This document shows positions 9,817 to 17,798 of a stretch of DNA of 45,851 nucleotides, one piece after another. The stretch is from Acidobacteriota bacterium (lineage in GTDB: Bacteria > Acidobacteriota > Aminicenantia > Aminicenantales > Aminicenantaceae). The position numbers and the translations under genes are program-made. The notes under the pieces were generated by a model. That model was not told the origin of the DNA, ran no database searches, and saw only the letters and a list, made by a program, of their open reading frames with translations. Numbering within the stretch: the stretch's first letter is position 1; each line of letters starts with the position of its first letter. The stretch spans positions 1 to 45,851 of the forward strand of contig JAHIPL010000037.1 in NCBI GenBank assembly GCA_018894615.1, read 5' to 3'.

Positions 9817-11256
9817 CTATTTTATCTCCTTGATAAAAATATTCCGGAAATAGACGGGTGATCGGCTGTCGTGGTTCTGCAGCCCGATATATCCCTCCCG
9901 GGCAAAATCCCTGATTTTCCCCCGCGGCTCCATCTCCCAGGTCAAGACGTTTTCCCCGTTCAGGTCCACTTTGATGATGTGCCCGACAAGCTCGATGCGC
10001 ATATGGTTCCACTTTCCAGAGAGATTCGACGCCTTTTTTGTCGGCGCTTCCGCGTCATAGACGGCCGCCGTGCCGTGGATCCCCTTGGAATGATCATCGA
10101 TCTGAACCTCGAACGAATGATAAATGTAGTCGTCGCTCGCAGGCATTTCAGGAACACGGATAAAAACTCCTGAATTGGTAAGCTCATCCTCACATTTAAA
10201 TTCCAGTTCCAGAACAAAATCATCATATTTTTTACCGCTGTACCAGAAGAGCCCCATTCCGTCATGGCCCTTGAGAACACCGGTTTCCTTGTCCAGTTCA
10301 AAATAGCCCGGGCCGTAATGGTTCCATCCGTGTTTGTGGTACTTGCGTCCCCAGCGGCCTAGAATCTGATCGAAATCCTGATAATAGGTGACGCCCGCGA
10401 TGTATTCGAGCCCCTTGAGAACAGGCGGAAGAGGATTGTCGACATCTTCTTTTTTTTCGTGTTCGACGGCCAGGTATCCAAAATAGTCCTGCCTCGTCAA
10501 TTCAGCAAGGATGTCACGGATATTTGCCTTCCCCTGGCCGAACGGCACATCATGGGCATCCCGCACACCGAACTCATTCAGGTCCTTGAGGTGAACGTCA
10601 AGAATCCGGCCTTCCAGTTTTTTCAGTGCCTCGATGGGATTGACTCCCGTTCGCATCCAGTGCCCCGTATCTGCACAGACCCCGATTCTCTGATCCAGCC
10701 CCTTGATATGATCGAGAACGGTTTCCGGTCTCGCATATTTGGTTGGGGGCGGATGATTGTGAATGGCGACCTGCACATTGTAATTTTTGACCATTTTTTC
10801 GATCAAAGAAAAATCATCATACTGGGGTTCGGTGACAATGGTTCGAATTCCCATTTTGCGCGCGAATTCAAAAACCGGCTTCATGCCGTCTTCCGAATTC
10901 TCAAGCGGGACCACTCCGTAGCTGACAAGGGTGATGCCGCTTTCCTTCAGCTTTTCCCGGATCTCCTTGATTTTATCTTCGGAGAGAAGGTGATTAAAAA
11001 CATCCCCGCCCTCCGGGCCCAATTTCTGTCCCGGATAGGGCTGCAGAAAACGGACTCCGGCCTCCTTCGCTTTCTCCAGGGTTTCATAAAAAGAAAAATT
11101 CCTGAAGGTCCAGCACTGAAAGGCGATGGGGAATTTTTTTATCCGAATCTGTGAATAATCGATGTCCTCTTGAGCAATCGAAAACACCCGTGCGGGCGTC
11201 ATGGCCATTCCACACAGCATTACAACCGCCACCAGGGCGCTTTTCCATTTTTTCAT
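9817..11256 (-). CDS. Exported fusion of a xylose-isomerase-like TIM barrel (AP_endonuc_2) and a DUF1080 3-keto-disaccharide hydrolase domain
   Basis: Start 11256 (RBS AGGAGGGAGG) gives Sec signal MKKWKSALVAVVMLCG. TIM motifs TEP, HNH, DTGHW, HLKD, VEHE. DUF1080 motifs DFVLELEFK, NSGVFIR, EVQIDD, WNHMRI, GYIGLQNH, FRNI.IKE. Confidence 0.88.
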   Translation of the reverse strand: MKKWKSALVAVVMLCGMAMTPARVFSIAQEDIDYSQIRIKKFPIAFQCWTFRNFSFYETLEKAKEAGVRFLQPYPGQKLGPEGGDVFNHLLSEDKIKEIREKLKESGITLVSYGVVPLENSEDGMKPVFEFARKMGIRTIVTEPQYDDFSLIEKMVKNYNVQVAIHNHPPPTKYARPETVLDHIKGLDQRIGVCADTGHWMRTGVNPIEALKKLEGRILDVHLKDLNEFGVRDAHDVPFGQGKANIRDILAELTRQDYFGYLAVEHEKKEDVDNPLPPVLKGLEYIAGVTYYQDFDQILGRWGRKYHKHGWNHYGPGYFELDKETGVLKGHDGMGLFWYSGKKYDDFVLELEFKCEDELTNSGVFIRVPEMPASDDYIYHSFEVQIDDHSKGIHGTAAVYDAEAPTKKASNLSGKWNHMRIELVGHIIKVDLNGENVLTWEMEPRGKIRDFAREGYIGLQNHDSRSPVYFRNIFIKEIK

Positions 11257-11322
11257 TATTCCTCCCTCCTGATTTCCGTCCGGATCATCCGGCATGGGGT
11301 TCCTCCCCGAATAAACCGGGGT

Positions 11323-12573
11323 CTATTTATTTTTCGGGTTCCACTTTCCCCTCGCAACATCCGGGACATAGGCGTCCAGGCCCGGAGGAGGAAAGGGAAT
11401 GGTTTTTTCCTGCTCCACGCTCATATAGGCCGTCATCAGCAGCTCCGTCACATTCAGTCCATCGTCAAAATTTTCCATGGGCCTCCGGCCGGCCAGAAAA
11501 GACTGCACCATGTGCCTGTTTTCCTCCGTATAGCCATACTCTCCGGCTTCATCGCTGACGACAGGCATCAATCCAACCTCGGCATTCTGCTTTTCGACAA
11601 GGTCTTCGCCGGTCTCCCCGCTGACCCTTCGGCTGAAGAACACCTTGAGCCCCTGATCCAGAGAATTGATGCTCATCGAGTACTCCGGTCCCAGAAGCTC
11701 CATGGACAACCGCAGGCCCGCGCCGACAAAACACCAGGAGGTGGTGGCCTCGACCACGACCATTTTCCCTTCGGGATCTCTGTATTCGATCAAGCCGCGG
11801 CCGAAATCTTCGGCCGGCCGCCTGGCGTAGTCCAGTTTTCCCCCGCTCATAGCGCTCAGTTCTTTGATATACCGGGGCTCCTGCCACTTGAGGCAGTTGG
11901 CATACGCGGACACCTTGACCGGAGTCAGAAAGCTCCGCTTTTCTCCCGGTGGAGTCAGGAGGAACCGGGCCGTCTCGAAGGAATGGCACATCATATCGTT
12001 GATGACGCCCCCTCCCTGCAGGGAGCCCTCCCAGAACCAGGGCATGTGCGGCCCCCCGTGTTCCTCGGCCGCCCGCGCCAGATAAGGCCGCCCGGTCAAT
12101 GCCGCGCCGCGGGACCAGATGATGTCCTTCCCCCGCATGACCGGATATCCAAAAATCTGATCTTCCAGATAGCCGTCCAGCAGCCCCGCCTTTTTGACCA
12201 ATTCCACCATTTTCCGGGCCTCGGCCGCATTTCTGCCGAGGGGCTTTTCACAGGCAACCCCGATCAGCTCCCCCTTTCCGTCTTCGAGCGCACGGACGAT
12301 CTCCTCCATGTTTTCGATCCGGGTGTAGTTGGGGGCGCACATCCATATGGCGTCGATGGAAGGATCGGCGACCATGTCCGTGATGGTTCTATAGGCCCTC
12401 GCCTCTCCGACATTCAGCTTTCTGGCCAGGGCCGCCGCTTCTTCAGACTCTTCCATGGAGAGAGAGGTGATCCCCATAATATCCGCATCCCTGACACCAA
12501 CCCAGGAACGAATATGAAACTGCGCGATAAATCCGGCGCCGATGAAGCCGACGCCCAGTCGTTTTTGCCCCAT
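11323..12573 (-). CDS. Gfo/Idh/MocA family NAD(P)-dependent oxidoreductase
   Basis: Rossmann motif GFIGAGFIA, CEKP, GGG...DMMCH. Start 12573 has an AAGGAG RBS. Confidence 0.92.
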   Translation of the reverse strand: MGQKRLGVGFIGAGFIAQFHIRSWVGVRDADIMGITSLSMEESEEAAALARKLNVGEARAYRTITDMVADPSIDAIWMCAPNYTRIENMEEIVRALEDGKGELIGVACEKPLGRNAAEARKMVELVKKAGLLDGYLEDQIFGYPVMRGKDIIWSRGAALTGRPYLARAAEEHGGPHMPWFWEGSLQGGGVINDMMCHSFETARFLLTPPGEKRSFLTPVKVSAYANCLKWQEPRYIKELSAMSGGKLDYARRPAEDFGRGLIEYRDPEGKMVVVEATTSWCFVGAGLRLSMELLGPEYSMSINSLDQGLKVFFSRRVSGETGEDLVEKQNAEVGLMPVVSDEAGEYGYTEENRHMVQSFLAGRRPMENFDDGLNVTELLMTAYMSVEQEKTIPFPPPGLDAYVPDVARGKWNPKNK

Positions 12574-12619
12574 AAAAGACTCCTTCTGGTAAATTGCGGA
12601 TTTGAACAACCGGCCCCGC

Positions 12620-13843
12620 TCAGGCGGCCGGTCGGTTTTCCCCCTGCTCCACTCTTTCGTCCTTGAAGAAAAGGAGGAAAGCGAGAGCGCAGAGCACAGT
12701 CAGCACAACGGGAACGAGAAAAATGCCCGTCCAATTGAATCCGTCGGGGGTTTTAAAGAGATCCTGCACTTTGCCGGCAAACAGGCTTCCGACGTAATTT
12801 CCGATTCCATAGGTCACGAGCGTGATCAGGCACTGGGCTGAATGGCGGATATCCTTGGGCGCCACCATGTCGGTATAGATAAAAGCGGCGACAAAAAAGA
12901 AAACAAAACAGAACCCATGCAGCGCGAGAGAGGCGATCACCAGCCAGGGCGGCGCTCCCACGGCAAACACGATATACCTTATAGGCCAGGCCAGAACACC
13001 CAGGGCCAGGATCTTCCGGATGCTCATTTTTTTTATCAGATAGGGAAGAAGAAGGGCCATGACAAAAATTTCAGCGACCTGAGCGATCACCATCACCATG
13101 GGCAGGTTTGCCTGTGACACCCCGATCCTGGAAGACGTGAGAAAGGGTGCGGTTAAAATATAATAGAACATCAGCTCCGTGGCCACGATGAAGGAAATGA
13201 TGATAAAGATGAGAAAATTCCGGTTCTTCAGCATCTTCAGGGCCTCCAGAAAGGCCCAGGGTTTGGTCCCTTCCTTCTGCGGCGGCGTGTGGGGAAGACC
13301 AAAAGCAAAGATCCCCATAATCAAGGAAAAAAGACCGGCCAGAAGAAGCGTGTCTCCGCGCATGGCCACGCCCTCGCCTCCGCCGGCGAGATTTCTCCAC
13401 GTGGCCAGCCCCAGCCCTGCGGCAATCCAGCCGATCGTTCCCCAGACGCGAATCTGGCCGAACTCTTTCTCCGAGCTTTTTAAATTGATAAAAGCGACGG
13501 AGTTGGTGATGGCCAGGGTCGGGGCATAAAGAAGGCAGTAGAACAGCATAACCCAAACCATGGTGGAGAAATCGGACATGGTCGACACCCAGATGAGAAT
13601 GGCCCCTCCGGAGAGCTGCATCAGGCCGATGAACTTTTCTCCTGAAAGCCAGCGGTCGGCGATCTGTCCGCCGATAAAAGGCGCGATGATGGTGGCCAGC
13701 GGAAGCAGGCTGTACACAATCCCGGTCTGAATGCCGTCAAACCCCAGATTGTTCTGCAGATAATCGGACAGAACCGGAGCCCAAGCGCCCCAGATCGCAT
13801 ATTGAAGGAACATCATGAAACCGAGACGAATTTTTACCCACAT
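12620..13843 (-). CDS. MFS transporter, nucleoside:H+ symporter (NupG/YegT-like) family
   Basis: MMFLQYAIWGAW, G.IADR, IRVWGTIGWI, LPHTPP, QVAEI, about 12 TM helices. Confidence 0.9.
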   Translation of the reverse strand: MWVKIRLGFMMFLQYAIWGAWAPVLSDYLQNNLGFDGIQTGIVYSLLPLATIIAPFIGGQIADRWLSGEKFIGLMQLSGGAILIWVSTMSDFSTMVWVMLFYCLLYAPTLAITNSVAFINLKSSEKEFGQIRVWGTIGWIAAGLGLATWRNLAGGGEGVAMRGDTLLLAGLFSLIMGIFAFGLPHTPPQKEGTKPWAFLEALKMLKNRNFLIFIIISFIVATELMFYYILTAPFLTSSRIGVSQANLPMVMVIAQVAEIFVMALLLPYLIKKMSIRKILALGVLAWPIRYIVFAVGAPPWLVIASLALHGFCFVFFFVAAFIYTDMVAPKDIRHSAQCLITLVTYGIGNYVGSLFAGKVQDLFKTPDGFNWTGIFLVPVVLTVLCALAFLLFFKDERVEQGENRPAA

Positions 13844-13917
13844 TGTCTTTGTTCGCCCTCCTCTTCAAAAATCGTCCGCTCGATGAAACAGACCGTACAA
13901 TGATCACTCCGCCAAAC

Positions 13918-13950
13918 AAAAATATCTTTATTAAAAATGATTGTCAATCA
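13918..13950 (-). promoter_or_regulatory. Promoter of the MFS/oxidoreductase/lyase cassette with an overlapping palindromic operator
   Basis: Minus strand TTGACA-17-TATTTT. The -35 lies inside the perfect inverted repeat TGATTG-T-CAATCA (13938-13950). Confidence 0.55.
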
Positions 13951-14076
13951 AACATTATCCGCATCGCCTAAAATGAAGAAAGCCGGGATCCGGGGGCCCG
14001 TTCCTTCTTCCGCGGCCGCAAGTTGAATAAAGGCGGGGATACGGACGCAATTTTTTGTATAATACAGGAACGGCCC

Positions 14077-15018
14077 ATGAACAACAAAACAAAAAACGTA
14101 CTTGCGGTGCTTCTGGTCATAGGCTGCGGCGCCTGCGGGTCCGTCCATCGATGGCGATCCGCCACCCTCCTCTATTTCGACACCGTCTGCGAACTACGGG
14201 TGTACTGTCTTCCGGAGCGGTTCCCACAGATCAAAGCGGATGTCCAGGCCGTCTTCGCCCGGATCGAGGATCTTTTCTCCCCCTCCCGGGCCGTCCTTGA
14301 TCATCCCGACGTTCTCTTTCTTTTTCAGAAATCCATCGATATTCACCGCTTGTCCGGAGGTGCGTTCGACATCACTGTCGGCCCCTTGTCCGACCTCTGG
14401 GGATTTTATACTAAAGAACACCATGTTCCCGAGAAAAATGAAATCATCAGGGCCCTGAAAACCATCGGAATGAATCGGATTTCTTTTTTAAAAGAAGGCC
14501 TCGCCCTTCCCTCCGGAATGAGGCTCGACTGGGGTGGAATAGCCAAGGGATTCGGGATCGACAGGGCGGTCGAAAAAATGCGAGAAACGGGGGTTCCGCG
14601 AGGCTTCATCAACGCCGGCGGAGACCTCTTCTGCTGGGGGATGAATCCTGAGAATCAAGAGTGGCGGGTCGGCATTCAACACCCCCGCCGGGCCGGCTAC
14701 CTCGCCGTGCTTCCTCTCTCCGACGAAGGCGCCGCAACAACGGGGGATTATCAGAGATATTTCATCCGGAACGGTGTCAGATACCATCATGTCTTTAATC
14801 CGGCCACCGGTTATCCGGCCGAAGGGAAACAGAGCGTCACGGTGTACGGACCGGAAACCCTGGTCTGTGATGCGCTGTCCACGGCGCTTTTTGTCAGCGC
14901 CGAGCCGGAACAAATTTTAGCGCATTTTAAGGATTACGGAGCCGTTATTGTCGACGGGAGCGGCCGCATTCAAACAATAGGAAGACCTATTTCTCTGCAG
15001 TATACAGACAAGCGGTAG
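14077..15018 (+). CDS. apbE: FAD:protein FMN transferase (ApbE), lipoprotein
   Basis: GAFDITVGPL..LWGF, LDWGGIAKGF, INAGGD, ATTGDYQRYF, YHHVFNPATG, DALSTALF. Lipoprotein-like signal from ATG 14077. Confidence 0.95.
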   Translation: MNNKTKNVLAVLLVIGCGACGSVHRWRSATLLYFDTVCELRVYCLPERFPQIKADVQAVFARIEDLFSPSRAVLDHPDVLFLFQKSIDIHRLSGGAFDITVGPLSDLWGFYTKEHHVPEKNEIIRALKTIGMNRISFLKEGLALPSGMRLDWGGIAKGFGIDRAVEKMRETGVPRGFINAGGDLFCWGMNPENQEWRVGIQHPRRAGYLAVLPLSDEGAATTGDYQRYFIRNGVRYHHVFNPATGYPAEGKQSVTVYGPETLVCDALSTALFVSAEPEQILAHFKDYGAVIVDGSGRIQTIGRPISLQYTDKR

Positions 15019-15051
15019 GCCGACAATGCGGACGAAGGACGGAGATGTTCG

Positions 15052-16152
15052 TTATATCTTCATAGGCATCAGAACGTACTGATAAAGAAAATCCCCTTCA
15101 CCTGACGGTTTCATGAGGACGGCGCTGTTTTCATCCTTCATTTCAAAAAGAATGGACTCGCCTTTGGCAGTTGTCAGAAAATCGAGGAGATACTGCGCGT
15201 TAAAGCCGATCTCGAGAGGATCTCCGCTGTACCGGGCGTCCACCCGGTCTCGCGCTTCCCCGATCTCAGGATTTGACGAAAACAAATGAAGGGTGTTGGC
15301 TTCGATGTTGAAACGGATCCCCTTTGAGCGTTCGGCCGAAAGAAGGGAAACCCGCCGGATGGCATTGATCAGCGCTTCTCTCGAGATGGACATGGTCACG
15401 GGATTCTCGCTGGGAATGACGGCTTCGTAATTGGGGAACTTCCCTTCGATCGCGCGGGACATCAGGACGCGGCTGCCCACCTTGAAAAACAGATTGTTCT
15501 CATCCAGGTCAAACTCCACCAAATCCTCTTCAAATTTTCTCAATTCCCCGAGGGTTTTTTTGGAAATGATTCCCCGGATCTCCCCGTCCACTTTCAGATC
15601 GCCGCTGCTTAGTTTGGTATATGCCAACCGGTGACCATCGGTGCTGACCATTTCGATGCTCCCGTCCTTGAGGATCATCAAGGCGCCGTTCAAGTAATAC
15701 CGCTGTTCTTGGGTAATGGCGCAGTACACACAATCGATCATCTCTCGGATTTTATCCAGGGGAAGAATGATGTTTTTTTCGAATTTCGGTTCGGGAATCT
15801 GAGGATAATCCTCTTTCGTCAGGCAAAGAACCTTGAACTCGCTGTCGCCCGACGTGATGCCCATCATCAGGTCGACCTGTTCATCAAAAACAACAACCTT
15901 CTCTCCGCTCAGCGACCGGACGATTTCATACACTTTTTTCCCGGAGATGGTGATGCCCCCTTCTTCCTGAACGTCGGCCGGGACAAGAGTTTTCATTCCG
16001 ACTTCCAAGTCGGTGCCGATCAGTTCAAGTTCTCCTTTTCCGGCATTGATCAGGATATTAGCCAGAATGGGCATGGTGTTTCTCTTTTCTACAATGCCCT
16101 GAAGGAGCTGCAGCTCTCCTAAAATATTCTCTTTTTTAATGGAAAACTTCAT
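15052..16152 (-). CDS. dnaN: DNA polymerase III beta sliding clamp
   Basis: MKF.I, PILANILI, TDLE, STDGHRLA, G.FPNYE.VIP, IGFNAQYLLD, C-terminal VLMPM. Confidence 0.98.
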   Translation of the reverse strand: MKFSIKKENILGELQLLQGIVEKRNTMPILANILINAGKGELELIGTDLEVGMKTLVPADVQEEGGITISGKKVYEIVRSLSGEKVVVFDEQVDLMMGITSGDSEFKVLCLTKEDYPQIPEPKFEKNIILPLDKIREMIDCVYCAITQEQRYYLNGALMILKDGSIEMVSTDGHRLAYTKLSSGDLKVDGEIRGIISKKTLGELRKFEEDLVEFDLDENNLFFKVGSRVLMSRAIEGKFPNYEAVIPSENPVTMSISREALINAIRRVSLLSAERSKGIRFNIEANTLHLFSSNPEIGEARDRVDARYSGDPLEIGFNAQYLLDFLTTAKGESILFEMKDENSAVLMKPSGEGDFLYQYVLMPMKI

Positions 16153-16266
16153 TTTTCCACCTTTCCTAATGAAGTTCTTTTTCTTTTCTTTCTATTTATA
16201 AAGATTAAATAATAAGAACAAGAATAGCAATGAAAATGTGCATATATCGCATATCTTATTTGAATA
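16153..16266. other. Probable oriC unwinding region (DUE, DnaA-trios and a DnaA box) in the dnaA-dnaN spacer
   Basis: Very AT-rich tract; eight consecutive NAN triplets AAA TAA TAA GAA CAA GAA TAG CAA (16207-16230); degenerate box TGTGCATAT (16237-16245). Confidence 0.7.
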
Positions 16267-17598
16267 CTATTTGATATAGCTGATTAATTTGTTCAAGAGT
16301 TTGTTAAAATCCGCGTCATCTTTTCTGAGTTTCTCGATTTTTCTGACACTGTGAATAACGGTCGTGTGATGTTTTCCACCGAATTTTTTACCGATTTCCG
16401 GCAGGGACGCGTCCGTCAATTCTTTCGACAAATACATGGCCACCTGCCGGGGAAATGATATAACCGGCGAATTGTTTTTTGATTTGATTTGAATCAGCTT
16501 GATTTTATATTCATGGGAGACGATTTTTTGGATCTTTTCAACCGTGATGATCTTGGACGAAGAGTCCAGAAGGCTCTGAAGGGCCTCCTTGGCCAGGTCC
16601 AGATCGATTTTTACTCCTTTTAGAGACGAGAAGGCAATGACCCGCCGCAGAAATCCCTCCAGTTCCCGAATATTGGAATGAGACTTATCCGCAATGAACA
16701 GGGCGACGCTTTCGGGAATTTTAATGCCTTCCATCTCTGATTTTTTTTGAAGAATCGCGATTCGGGTTTCAATATCCGGGGGTTTCAGGTCGGCGATCAA
16801 TCCCCATTCAAAACGGGAACTGAAACGCTCTTCCAGGTTGGGGATTTCTTTTGGGGGGCAGTCGCTGGAGATGACAATCTGTTTCTGACTGTCGTAAAGG
16901 TGATTGAACGTATGAAAAAATTCTTCTTTTGTTCGTTCCCGGCCGGACAAGTAGTGGATGTCGTCCATAAGCAGCACATCAACACTTCTGTATTTCTGGC
17001 GAAAATCGAGAATTTTCCCATACTGAAGATGATTGATGAGATCATTCATGAATTTTTCTGTCGTGATGTACAGAATTTTCATGCGCTTGTTCTGGTTGAG
17101 AACAAAATGACCGATGGCGTTCATGAGGTGTGTTTTTCCCAGGCCGGCCCCGCCGTATATATAAAACGGATTGTATGACAGGGCGGGATTTTTGGCTACC
17201 GCCTGGGAAGCGGCATGAGCGAACTGATTGCAGGAACCGACAATAAAATTCTCGAACGTATAGTTTGGGTTGAGGTTCGGATTAAGGAGTGCCCCTTGTT
17301 TGGTGCGGCGTTCATAAGGATTTTTTCGAATGAAGGCGGACGAGGAATCGGCGATGATGTATTTGAGCTGGTATATTTTTCCAAACAGCTGTTCCGAAAC
17401 CTTGTTGATCAGGCTTGTGTAATGAAAGGAAAGCCAGTCCTTAAAATAGGAATTCGGAACTTTGATATACAGGTCGTCCCCTTCCAGTCCGATGTAGGAA
17501 GTGGGAGATAACCATGTTTCAAAGCTGTTTTTATCAACCTGATTTTGAAGTGAATCGAGAATTTGGGTCCAGCAGTTGCTTTTTTCTGTCGTGTCCAT
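16267..17598 (-). CDS. dnaA: Chromosomal replication initiator DnaA
   Basis: LNPNYTFENF, Walker A GGAGLGKTHL, LLMDDI, SRFEWGL, NIRELEG, RQVAMYL, GGKHHTTVIH. Confidence 0.99.
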   Translation of the reverse strand: MDTTEKSNCWTQILDSLQNQVDKNSFETWLSPTSYIGLEGDDLYIKVPNSYFKDWLSFHYTSLINKVSEQLFGKIYQLKYIIADSSSAFIRKNPYERRTKQGALLNPNLNPNYTFENFIVGSCNQFAHAASQAVAKNPALSYNPFYIYGGAGLGKTHLMNAIGHFVLNQNKRMKILYITTEKFMNDLINHLQYGKILDFRQKYRSVDVLLMDDIHYLSGRERTKEEFFHTFNHLYDSQKQIVISSDCPPKEIPNLEERFSSRFEWGLIADLKPPDIETRIAILQKKSEMEGIKIPESVALFIADKSHSNIRELEGFLRRVIAFSSLKGVKIDLDLAKEALQSLLDSSSKIITVEKIQKIVSHEYKIKLIQIKSKNNSPVISFPRQVAMYLSKELTDASLPEIGKKFGGKHHTTVIHSVRKIEKLRKDDADFNKLLNKLISYIK

Positions 17599-17608
17599 AT
17601 GTTCCTAG

Positions 17609-17640
17609 ATTTCCACAAAAATTTCCACAGGTGTGGAAAA
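17609..17640. promoter_or_regulatory. Cluster of three DnaA boxes in the dnaA leader
   Basis: ATTTCCACA (17609-17617), ATTTCCACA (17621-17629) and inverted TGTGGAAAA (17632-17640). Confidence 0.8.
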
Positions 17641-17680
17641 ATGGCCAGTTTATGCTGAGCGGGGATTTTGCGGCCTAAGT

Positions 17681-17709
17681 ATGGTAGCATTCCTTTTTCC
17701 GGATTTCAA
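17681..17709 (-). promoter_or_regulatory. dnaA promoter
   Basis: Minus strand TTGAAA-17-TACCAT with an extended -10 TG. Confidence 0.6.
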
Positions 17710-17798
17710 GAAAATTTGGATGAATTATCAATTATTACATGAAAAGTGAAAAAACGACCGCCTTTTCCTCCGGAACGAAGAAAAAGGAGGACGGTGTT

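Noticed and set aside
11170-12666. 498-aa + strand ORF, and similar long antisense ORFs at 3642-4970, 7518-8570, 17931-18869, 29889-30734, 31832-32833 and 42104-42922
   Set aside because: Each shadows well-identified genes on the opposite strand and has no recognisable motifs; this is expected from codon bias in GC-rich genes.
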